Shown here: piece after piece, positions 13,576 to 25,700 of the stretch
Layout: every line of letters starts with the position of its first letter
How positions within the stretch are numbered: position 1 is the stretch's first letter
Assembly: GCA_903813345.2 (NCBI GenBank)
Contig: CAIIXF020000001.1
Location: forward strand, 23,064,001-23,128,000
Origin: Owenia fusiformis
Lineage: Eukaryota
Direction: 5' to 3'
Length of the DNA stretch: 64,000 bases
Position numbers and translations under genes: made by a program
The notes under the pieces: model-generated
Databases searched by the model: none
Seen by the model: the letters and a program-made list of their open reading frames with translations, nothing else
What the model was told of the DNA's origin: nothing

Positions 13576-13946
13576 TGACGTAAACAAACTGACGCGATGT
13601 GATTGGATTATAAATAAGAGGAGTGCATTACAAGAAAAGAAAGAGATAAATGTCATACATCCCTACAATTTGACAACAATCATAACGTATATTCATTAAT
13701 TAGTATTTTATAGATTCAAATATGTGCAATTAAAAATGTTGATCTTTTTTACTTTTGTAAACTTTATCAAATAAAGTTAGGAATTCTCACTTATACATGT
13801 TCCGCCATAGCCATCGTGACCTTATTTCGCGGGAATTATGATTTCGCGCCATTTTTCTAGGGCTTTGTCCAATGCTATGTTGACACCCTGAGAGGAAAAT
13901 TTCGATACGAAAGAAAGAAAAATAATCGCATTTTCTAGTGATTCAG
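13576..13946 (+). promoter_or_regulatory. Probable E2F gene promoter and non-coding first exon
   Basis: E2F-consensus sites TTTCGCGGGAA (13825-13835) and TTTCGCGCCA (13842-13851, overlapping YY1-like CGCCATTTT). CRE-like TGACGTAA (13576) and TGACGC (13590), inverted CCAAT (13602), TATAAA (13609). Strong donor CAG|gtgaga after 13946; the next exon's acceptor (16775) lies just upstream of the ATG. Confidence 0.65.
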
Positions 13947-15714
13947 GTGAGACATTTAATTATATTTATTAAGAATATAGACTTTAGGATATAGGTCACA
14001 TTTATATGCTAAATTGGTGTGTCGATCGCTGCAATTTCACTTAGATCTGGACAATGTTATTCCAATGAAAAAATCTTGAATGAAAGTTTTGCCTAAATTT
14101 GAGCAATGGCTGCCATTGGCATTGAAATTGCAGTGTAGTTGTTATGTTTTTATATAGAATACCAGCTACCATATATTTGGATACATCTTTGGAGCATATT
14201 GTTATGTACTTGTTGTACCTTAAAATTGGGAAAGATCGTGTTTAAATGTCTTACAACCAGAAACACCACAATGAAACAGCTGTCAATAAATTGTGGTCAG
14301 TGTCATGGTGATGATTGATGTTTCTTTGTGTATATAATGTATTACATCTACATATGCAACACGTCGTCGGTCATTTATCATTTCTTCAATATAAGTGCTA
14401 GGGTTTATTTCATTCAATTTTTACAGATAATGCCAACAGTCACTGATTATAAATAGGCACACAATAAAACCATGCTTGTTCTTTATCAAGACTTTAGCGA
14501 GCAGATCATGAATTGGTGAGGATGTGACCACATTGACAGGTCTGTCATGTTGACAATTGGTTGATAACTAATTATCCTATGTCACAAGTGATTTACCAAT
14601 GTCCTTGACTTGTGCCATCGTAAACATTACCAAATCAACATGACTTATGTGTAAGAGAAGATGGATTATAAAACATGCCAAGCCTTCCACCCACACTCAC
14701 GAAAGCTATCAAAGCCCACTCCTTGTTAAAAAGTAGTCCACCTTGATAAGCTAACGAGTTACAAATACATTTATGAAAACTACATTGAGTTGTACTGTAA
14801 GTGTTGAAGTATATGGAATATAACTATACCATATACTGTAACTCTTGTTGAACGTTAAATGTCCACCTCAGGGATCAGATAACAACTTGAGATTTGGATT
14901 ACAAGTTACAACCCTCAAGCTCAAAGTGACAATTTTAATATTGAATAAAAAAATCAATCAAACAAAAGCTCAGGAATAAAAGGCAGATGGTATCAGAAAA
15001 ATAGGTCTTTTGAATAGCCTTTAATTAAATGTAATTAACAAGAAAAAATGGACAGCATTGTTTTGATCTGGCCCCTGAGTTGGAAAATATTGCACATGTA
15101 CTTAAAGCCCTTTAAACATTTAAATTGTATAGCTAGACAGTTGAAAAGCCTAACAGCTGATTGTCTAGTATCGGTGGTAAGCAGGTGTTTGGAACACTCC
15201 TGCTTTGTTCAGCTTTAATTTACTAGATTTAAGTAAAGATGGCCTTATTTATATCTACATTTAAGTTTTTTTTAGATTCTGATGTTTTTGTATTGAGTTC
15301 ATGTGTTAAGTTAGTTTAGTACCAATCATCACCTTAGGCTTATATCATCCGTATACAGTATATGTATTTAAGATAAGATAAAATAAGTGATGATTTACTT
15401 GACTTAACTCCATATGATGTTTGGGGATACCAATATGTCTTTCTGTTGTACACTACATGTAAAATAGGTTTGCATAAATGTACATGAACTATCTATGTGC
15501 AATGATCAGCTGCCATTTATGGTTTTGGTATATAATTCTCAATTATGCATTTATTTTTTATTTTTAGCTTCACTTTAAATTCATTTGTTGAGTGCAGTAT
15601 GCAAGTTCAATTCAATTCAATTCACTTTATTTCAAATGTTTCAAGTCATAAAAACTACTTTTGCGAGAGGGTACCTACCTGGATATGTTTTTTATGTTGC
15701 TTGTAGGTTAAAAA

Positions 15715-16600
15715 TAAATGCACTTGTTGCATTTCTAGTCTAAAAATTAATGCACTTGTTGCATTTTTAATCTAAAAATTAATGCACTTGTTGTATTTCT
15801 AGTCTCAATTATGTACTTGTTGCATTTCTAGTCTCCATTTCTAGTCTCAAAATTAATGCACTTGCATTTCTAGTCTCAGAATTAATGCATGTGTTGCATT
15901 TCTAGTCTCTAAATTAATGCACTTGTTGCCTAGTCTCAGAATTAATGTACTTGTAGCATTTGTAGCCTCAAATTAATGCACTTTTTGCATTTCTAGTCTC
16001 AGAATTAATGTACTTGTTGCATTTCTTGTCTCAAAATTAATGCACTCGTTCCATTTCTAGTCTCAAAATTAATGCACTTGCATTTCTAGTCTCAGAATTA
16101 ATGCATGTGTTGCATTTCTAGTCTCTAAATTAATGCTTTTGTTGCCTAGTCTCAGAATTAATGTACTTGTAGCATTTGTAGCCTCAATGCACTTTTTGCA
16201 TTTCTAGTCTCAGAATTAATGAACTTGTTACATTTCTAGTCCCAAAATCAATGCACTTGTAGCATTTGTAGCCTCAAGTTGTTGCACTTTTGCATTTCTA
16301 GTCTCAGAATTAATGCACTTGTTACATTTCTAGTCCCAAAATCAATGCACTTGTAGCATTTGTAGCCTCAAGTTGTTGCACTTTTTGCATTTCTAGTCTC
16401 AGAATTAATGCACTTGTAGCATTTGTAGCCTCAAGTTGATGCACTTGTTGCATTTCTAGTCTCAGAATTAATGCGCTTGTAGCATTTGTAGCCTCAAATT
16501 AAAGCACTTGTTGCATTTCTAGACTCAGAATTAATGCACTTGTAGCATTTGTAGCCACTGTTTGTAGCCTCAATTTGATGCACTTCTTGCGAGTTCTAGT
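15715..16600. repeat. ~30-33-bp degenerate minisatellite (E2F first intron)
   Basis: Unit aattaatgcacttgttgcatttctagtctcag repeated more than 20 times, with variants. Confidence 0.9.
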
Positions 16601-16776
16601 CTGAATTAGTACACTTGCTCAATTTCTATATTCATTATGAAATGAATAAATTACTTTAGAAGTATTTATTTATCATCTCTACTAAAATATTGATATTCAC
16701 AGTATCCACAATTTATCACAGAAATACTCCTTCTTGGGTAAGGCTGGTATGTTTAAAATCTTTGCTTATTTGTAGG

Positions 16777-19700
16777 ATGTCTAGCTACGGAGGAGGAACT
16801 CTTCACCAGTCCTTCAACAATTCAGCCTCGACATCCTACATCAAATCTGAGCTTGACTGTTCGTCATTCATCAAGAATGAGAAAGGAGCCTATGGGTCGC
16901 CAACCCACCAGCAGCTCATGTACCTACCTAGTGTTTATGACAGTGGAGAGACGATCGTTGTGAATCCTAGTAGTCTTACATCAAGCCCGGGCTACACTCC
17001 TGGCCCTAGCTATGTATCCAACTGTAAACCTGCACTTGGAAGACCACCCCAGGTAAGCATGTTACTCATCGCTTTCTTCAAAATTCATTTATCACTGACA
17101 CATATTTATTTAGGAATAACCACAATTGGTTGGTCTAATTTGAACATTTGATTAGTAGGTTCAGATAGACCAGACTAAAAAAGTCCAAATGCAATTGCCG
17201 TATTCGTTGTTCCCTCTTCAAAAGATGAGACACAAAAGATTTTCCTTATAAGGTCAAAAATATTTCCCATGATGCAATTCGCGGAGAAACAAATTCATAC
17301 TTCCTTGTTTTCCCCCCATAGGTTTAACATGGGGATTTTCACACCTATTTTTCAATCGATATATTCGTTCGTATTCCCGTATGGGATGGGAGTACAGAAA
17401 AAAATTTCAGAAATGATTGATCTCCTTTTCATCTTAATATAACACATATTTTTTCATTGTTTTGATTCATAGCTTGGTGTAAGTGATGATTAAAAAGTGA
17501 GAAAATATTGGGGAAGAGAAGGTCACATGATCAGTTGACTAGTCGCCATATTGAAAAAAATAATTTCATTTGACTTTCAACACTTTCATTCCAATCTTAC
17601 CACAAACTGCAACATTATTGCAACAACAGAACAAAAGTACTCATCTTCAAATTGCATAATAGAGTTACGTTGAAAACCCCTTACGTCAAACAACTTAGCA
17701 GTTGACCATAGAAGATGCACCGCAATTATCTAGGCCAATCGGTTCAGTGTCTGAAAGCAAATCTATTGTACTCCTTTCCGAATTTTATTGTTCATTATAC
17801 AAACTTTTCCTGATTATACTCGGTATACTGATTAAGCAATGACAAAGAAAAATACTTCTGATGGTGTCATTGTTTTTTTATTTAGCATGCGGGTGTAAAA
17901 ACAAAATGGCGCAGTTAGTTTGATTTAGAACTTTCAGGTCACGCAAATAGCTACGCGAAATGTACCGTTGGAAAATATTGACCAATCACTTTGTCCTTTT
18001 TGAGGACTTTTTAAGTAAATATATCCGTACCTTCTCGATTAAAGAGCGAACCACGAAAAGGCCTAATTAGAAATAATTTTGATTAACTTCATTAAAAATC
18101 CAAAATTCAGTCAAATTGATATTATATTTGAAATCTACAGGTAAAATTACATCTGGAAATGTGGTTTATTGACTTTGAAAATTTGATTTATTTTGAGAAT
18201 GTGACTTCTAGGTCGGGGAGATTCCCTATAATCCTCATGTTATAAAAGCACAAAAAGTGAAATATCTTTTTTTTTCTTGTATTGGACAGATACTATTTTC
18301 TTTTACTGAACATATTTTGATTTGTATAACTATCAGATACATAAAGAGTAATATGAAAATTGAATCACTAAAACTGATGAATATTCAAGTTCATGGGAAA
18401 TTTCTAATGCCCGAATTAGCCGCCTTGTGATGAAACTAGTAAGTATGGGATCTGGGTTATTATTAAGTTATTGTTGTAGTCTTGCTTCAAACCCTTGTTA
18501 CTCCAGCCCAGGCCCGTAGCCAGGGGGGGTTCGCAGGGTTCGGGCGAACCCCCCCCCCTGGCCAAAAATTCTTTCAAAATCATGCAATTTTTGACCATTT
18601 TGAGCACTTCTCTAGTGATTTTAGCCTAATTTGGTCCAAAATTGTCAAATGTGAACCCCCCCTGGAAATTTTTGAAAATTGAACCCCCCCTTGGCAAATC
18701 CTGGCTACGGGCCTGCTCCAGCCCCTAAATACATCACCTAAGATTTGATGCAGATTAGTTTTGTGGTTACATTAGAAAAAAAGAGTTGTCATACAACATT
18801 ACTACTCTGCTTTCTTACAAATTACCAATGATTTTTGTTAAAAACATTTCTGTCTTCAACTCTCATTTAATATTACTATATATATATAGCATCTCAAGAC
18901 AAGGTTTAGAGTTTCAATCTTGGATGAGGTAATATGTTGTTTTTTGTGTTCTTTTCTTGACTGTTCATTTTTATCTTTTTTAGTTTTTTATTTTATTTTA
19001 GTTTAGACTGTAGTGTCACCATTATTCCATCAAGTAGTGGTGACATATTGTACAAGGAGTGGTGACATATTGTTCTAGTTCTATCATTTTTGTGACTGGT
19101 GTTAGTGTTGTTGGTTGACATACATGTATATGTTTTATCAAAAATTAAGAGAGGTGCAGGGGTTTCACTAGAAATTCCGACAACAGGCTATATAAATGAA
19201 AACAACAGGTTATATTAATGGAAATCATAAATTAAACATGGAAAAGTTGAAAAATCCCTAAAAACAACAGGCGATTTTGTGAAAACAACCGGTGAAAATC
19301 GCCGGTTGCATGCTGCTAATGAAAGCCCTGAAGGTGTTTGTTTATAATTAAACTATGAATTTAGTTATTTATATAAACTAAAAACACAAATGGCAACATT
19401 ATATATGAAACAACACAATTCAGCAATCACCCATTTAAGCAAGTAAAGATTTTCTCCTTCATGAGTCAATATGTTATTGTGTCTACAGAGATCACGATAG
19501 TTGAAAAAACTTGTTAGCCATTGTGGCTAAATCTTCCAAAATATTTTTAGCCAACCAAAATATGAATTAGCCATTTTGAAAAACCGTAAAAAAGGGAATT
19601 CGCAATAGAGGTGTCACGGTCCAAGAAAATTTCGGTACTGTACGGAACGGTACAAATGGTCTCAACACGTTACTTTCGGGACGGGACAGGACAGAATATT

Positions 19701-22700
19701 AAAAATGATGAAATGTCTGATGATGACAGTTTCACTTTCAGTTTCACTTTTCAAAATCATATTCAGGAATAAAAAAACGTCCATTAAAATTGAATGTAAA
19801 GCATCTGCCGCGAATGTGATCGGCATTTCACATAGTCTGCACGGTGTTATATTACCAATTCGTTTACCTTGTGATATCGGAGTCCCAAAATACTTCCAAA
19901 CTGCCGACTTTTTCGACTTAGATGCCGGCTCGATTTTTCAATTTCTTTCCTACATCCGGCATACTGATAATGCACTAGATTTGCGAACGACGATGAAGAA
20001 ATTTACGAACAAGCATTACCATCTACCTGAAATCGCGGGTCCGTTAATAACACTTTTCAATGCAAAGAAGTGTAATCTAGGTACGAGGTAAGTGAAAATA
20101 TTTCAGAACGAAATCGGAGGTGTTCCTCGCTATTTATACACGTTTTTATGCATTTTAGTGAAGGAATCTATGTACCGATATTAACCCTTTCTGTCCCATG
20201 TCCCGAACCGAAGCATCTGGACCTAAATTCGGTCCAATATCGGGAAGCCGTGACACCTCTAATTCGCCATAACTGCGAAATACCTTTACATATTTTTCGC
20301 CACCTCTTTCGAAAATTCGCAATTGGCGAATGGCGAACGTCTACCGTGATCTCTGGTGTCTACTACGCAGGATGCTGCATGACAACTGGTTATTATTATA
20401 GCTAGAATAATGTGAATTAATAACCAGTCATCTCTACAGCATTAAAGCAAGTGGGTGCAGCACCCACTTGAGATGTTGAAAACAGGCTTGCACCCTCCTG
20501 AAAATCGAAAATGAGTAAAATCATGAAAAATTAAATGACCAATTTTGTCTGTATTGTGAAAATTAGAATTTTGCAATAACTTGAGAAAATATCCTGTGGA
20601 GAACACAATGATAACTATTAACTATCTACACAGTTTATTTATGACATGTGTTTAAATACTTATGATGCATAAATGGTAAAAATATATTTCTTTGTAGGCA
20701 AAGCGTAAACTGGAGTTGGAGCCTGTATATCAGAATGACGGTTTCAAAACCCCAAAGGGCAGAAAAAGACTGAGAACCAATTCAGGCTGTAACAGCCCAA
20801 AGGGTGAGTATATTTTCATTTTATGACACCACCACAAGTGGTGCATGTTAATGCCTTATTTATTAAAGGTGCAACAATTAGTGCAGGGGAGGCCATTCAA
20901 TGATCATCGACCAGAATATATTTCAGTTTGGATATTTCATCAAGACTAACATGTATTTTTATTATCTACAAAGAAACCCCCTGGATGAACATTAATTCAG
21001 CTGATATTCCTCTTGAAACGTGGTGAACCTCAAAAATCTATAAGTGGGACTCCCTTTATAGAAGCTTTGAACTGAATTTACACTTCTTAATGCTGAAATT
21101 CATAGTTTATCCATACATTTTAAGAAAATAGGTATGTCAAAGAAGATGTTAAGCCAAATATTGACCTGATAACTCAGAAAAAATTTCTCTCTACAGTCCT
21201 TGTTGCCCCTTTAATAGTAGCTACTAGAAGCAAGATGATGATACCAATATCCTTTAATTAAACCAAAGCAGATTAGAGCAAAATTTGAAACCAGTTGTGG
21301 ACATGAAGAAATATTTAAGTTTGTTGTTTGAAAAGAACTATCCATGGAAGGAAGGGCACAAGGGTGTTCCACTGCAATTTATTATGTGCGATACCTTTAT
21401 GATATTTTATGGAAGACAGACCCAGAGACAACTAATTAAAGCCTTTAAGGCTCAGCTGGAAAGTAACATTTTGGTAAAAAATTGCTATACCTGCACATGT
21501 TATTTTCTGGTACAAAATTAAGTATGAAGGCATATGTGTATTTCCTTGCTTTTTTCAGGAAAGTATCATTACACTGTCTACTTTTAATAAACCTGGAAAA
21601 AGGTCAATGGTAGCTCCTGTGTTGTCTGGAAACTTTGAAAGAAAATTTGGAAAAATAGGAAGTGTGAAATATCAGAATTTGATCATATTGTTGGTGTCTT
21701 CGAGACAGTTTGTATTCCTATCTTAAAGGTCCCTCTCCTGAAGTCAACCTAAACCCATTGATATCTTTCTTAAAAATATGCAACATCTTCTGATATAATA
21801 CCCGTGGACTAAAGATCAAGAGGGTATTTCTCATCTTTTCCCACAGTTTCAAAGCTAGTGTTGCATGCTAGATAAGTTGGACATTTAATGAGAGATGTCA
21901 TGCAACACAAGTTTGACAGTATTGCAGGACAACACAACACTTATGATTAATTCCCATATTTGTCTCTAAAAGGAGAATTCAATGGGCTTTCACTAAAATT
22001 CCAAAAATAGTAAAGTGTTACAAAAAAATCAAAAATCCTAAAACGATGGACTGTATAAAAAACTCCCCTATTTTACTGAAAATTGCAATTCTGCACTATA
22101 CATTACTCTAGGAAATCCTGGAGAGGGCATTGTAGAAGAAACATCACTTAAGTTCACCTTGTCTTTGGTTGGTTCATATTAGGATTTGGAAAAGATCACA
22201 AATTCACAATCAAAATTAACTTATTTGATGCCTTAGATCAGGGCCTTCAATATTAAGAAAGTTGCCATGGTATTTCATAATAGACCAGAGTCAACATTCA
22301 TACATACATACAGAGCTTGAGTAAAGTGCTTCAAAGTAGAAATATGTGAACAGTCATTACAGATACACTAAAGAAAAGAAAACATGTTCAAATGTTAAGA
22401 AAGTTGCCATGGTATTTCATAATAGACCAGAGTCAATATTCATACATACATACAGAGCTTGAGTAAAGAGCTTCAAAGTAGAAATATGTGAACAGTCATT
22501 ACAGATACACTAAAGAAAAGAAAACATGTTCAAATGTTAAGAAAGTTGCCATGGTATTTCATAATAGACCAGAGTCAATATTCATACATACATACAGAGC
22601 TTGAGTAAAGAGCTTCAAAGTAGAAATATGTGAACAGTCATTACAGATACACTAAAGAAAAGAAAACATGTTCAAATTATGTCAACAGTTAGAATTGTTG

Positions 22701-25700
22701 TTGTTCTTATTAACCAAATAAAAGAGAGCATTTGAACATTAAAATTGCAATCAAGGAAAAAGTTCAGAAAAGTGGATAAAGGGATTAAGATATGACATCA
22801 ATATTGACGTAATTAGTAAGGAGAGTTACACACCTGTTGTTAAATAGTTACAGGAATTGCCTCACCCCCTCCCCCAAATCGCCCCTTCCCTGAATTCCTC
22901 CCCCCTTCCCCCAGAACCCCCATCCCCCAACCCAATCCCAGCAGACACCTTCCATTATAATCTTAGAACATAACCAGACATACTTAACACAGGGGCATGT
23001 GTTATTATTTTTATCAGATTGCTCCAAGTGAAATATCACTTCAGATTAAATGCAACCTAGACTCTCTTATCTTTACTGAGAAGAGCATTATTATCATCTC
23101 CTTAAACACAAATGATATCAAGATTTTAAAATATGCAGTTTCAATTTAAGTTATGGACACAATTTTAATTATGTTCATTTCTGTTTTTCTATATAATTTG
23201 ATTTTCACGAATTCATTGTTTCTTGAATTGTAATCTGATTGGAGGAGATTAAAATTATGTGAGCCAATCAGATAAGAAATATCTACAGGATATCAGTATA
23301 TTTTGTTGAAATGCCTTTAATAAACATTATGCAATTATTCACCAAGCAATTTTTTAAAATATGAATTAAGATAAAATTAAGAATGTCATATTTGCAATCA
23401 GTCACTAGTGGCTGGTTAATTTACCGTAGTTGGCACAATATTTTTGTTAACACCATGGTAGCACAGTCTGACATTTAGAGTAACTTCTCAGGTGGGGGAG
23501 CTTTTCAACTTTCATGGGGAGAACTGGCAAACCTTCCCTAGCAATTAGTACTTTGAGGCTCATTTTAAGAGATACTAATTAGTTCATTTTTCTCAGCTTG
23601 AGGAACAAGTTGATTGCATATTAGCTTTAAGTGTAAGAAGTTTAGCCTTAATACATACAAATGAAAATTAGCATATTTGAATTCTTATATAAAGCATCAA
23701 TACATGTAGAGTATAAGTAAACCTTAAGAGGCTTATATGTACATATGTATGTATATAATACATTGGAATCACTTGCCAGGGAGAACTGGACCAGTCCACA
23801 TCTGCACACACAAGGAAAGATTATTTAAGAGGCCAATGAATAATAAAGATTCTCCTATCTACAGCACTGATTAGGGGAAACATCTTGAGAGTTCACTGAG
23901 TGAATGTAGTAACATACTAGAGGTGTTAGATTTTGATAGATTTGGGAATGTGATAATTGTTGCTTATCATCTCGTCAACTCAGTGGTGGATTTCAGAGTT
24001 CGGGACAGACCTATCTTTGAGTCTTATATGTTTGTGAGTGCTATACTGAAAGTGGAATTCATTTGGTTAGCAGAATATACAGAAGCAAATAGTGCTGGTG
24101 AAGACTCGAACCTTAAGAAGATTTTTTGGGATCTCAACATAAAACTGCAAAGAGCAAGTGACTTAGTAACATTTTAGAATCGACTGTTTTAGTAAAAAGT
24201 GAAATTTTAGTTCATTCTTGGAAAAGTGTACTGGCGTTTTAGCAGGAACAATTATTTTCTACACTTTGATCGTGTAGGATACAATCGAATTACAATGGCG
24301 AAAGGACGGAATAGGCGTGCGACTAGAAACTTCGGGAATGTTATACATTCGCAGAACAATCAATCGCCATCTGATGATGTAAAATACAAGAACATAGTTG
24401 GGATTCTCTCCAATACTGCAAAAGGAGGAAGTGTTTCTACTGACAATGGTGTGTTTATGATGCCTGGAATTGCGCAGACCAATCTTATTAACAATACCCT
24501 ATCACACCCAGTGGTACTCAATGGATGTGACCCATCACAGGCGCAACATCTAGGAACCGCCATCAGTTACCAAATGATTCTTCCAGGTTACACCACCCCG
24601 AATACTCAACACCATAGCAACAATACAACAAATTCAAACTTACCAGTTCTCAACACCATGCTCAATATGGGTTATAATCAGACCATTGAGGACCTTATAC
24701 CAAAACATAAGAATGAAACTAGCAAATTGAATAAAACATCTAGTCTGAATCTGAATGGGAAATCTCTGCCAACAGGCCCAAGAAACCACCAGATGGAAAA
24801 GCAAGCTCATGTAAAATCGTTCCAACCAACCTTGAAGGATGTCTTCAAGAGCAAGAAACGCAAATCAGATGTACTGGATGAGGTTAAGAGCTTGCGTAAG
24901 ATGCAACAGATGGTTAATATTGCAACCAAAGAACAAGGCCATGGTGGTCCAGTTAAGAAACAACATGGTATGACATATGTCACAGATCTACAATAAAGAT
25001 AGCCCCTTGCGTACTATTGACTTCATGTTGCGAAAAGGTTTTTTGTCAGATGTTACTGATATGTGAATGATCTCTCAAGATTTCATTGTGGAGATGGGAT
25101 TTTGCAAAACTGTCAGACAGAAAATCTTAAGATTATCATGAATATTTCAAGGAAAATCAAAATCGAAGTATTTTCTGAATTTATAGACATGAAAGGTATG
25201 CAAAAATATAATAATTTTTTGATTGAATGTGTGTACATGTATTATGAATGCAATAAATAATGTATAATCTTATGTACATTGCAGTGAAGTCACCACTTGA
25301 GAAGACCAGATATGACACATCACTTGGCTTGCTTACTAAAAAGTTTGTTGGACTGTTGAGGTCATCTCCAGATGGGGTAAGGCATTTTCAATTAAATGTT
25401 TTTTACTTCATTCTCAACATTAGGCAAGGTTTTTCACTTCATTCTCAACATTAGGCAGGGTTTTTCACTTCATTCTCAACATAAGACAAGGTTTTTCACT
25501 TCATTCTCAACATTAGGCAGGGTTTTTCACTTCATTCTCAACATAAGACAAGGTTTTTCACTTCATTCTCAACATTAGGCTAGATTTTTCACTTCATTTT
25601 CAACATAAGGCAAGGTTTTTCACTTCATTCTCAACATTAGGCTAGATTTTTCACTTCATTCTCAACATTAGGCAGGGTTTTTCACTTCATTCTCAACATT

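Noticed and set aside
17135-18419. Possible 1.3-kb DNA transposon in an E2F intron
   Set aside because: Composition looks element-like, but the inverted ends are weak and there is no TSD or second copy in the window.
19705-20091. 128-aa ORF within the nested hAT-like element
   Set aside because: No recognisable BED, DDE or hAT dimerisation motif; too short for a transposase.
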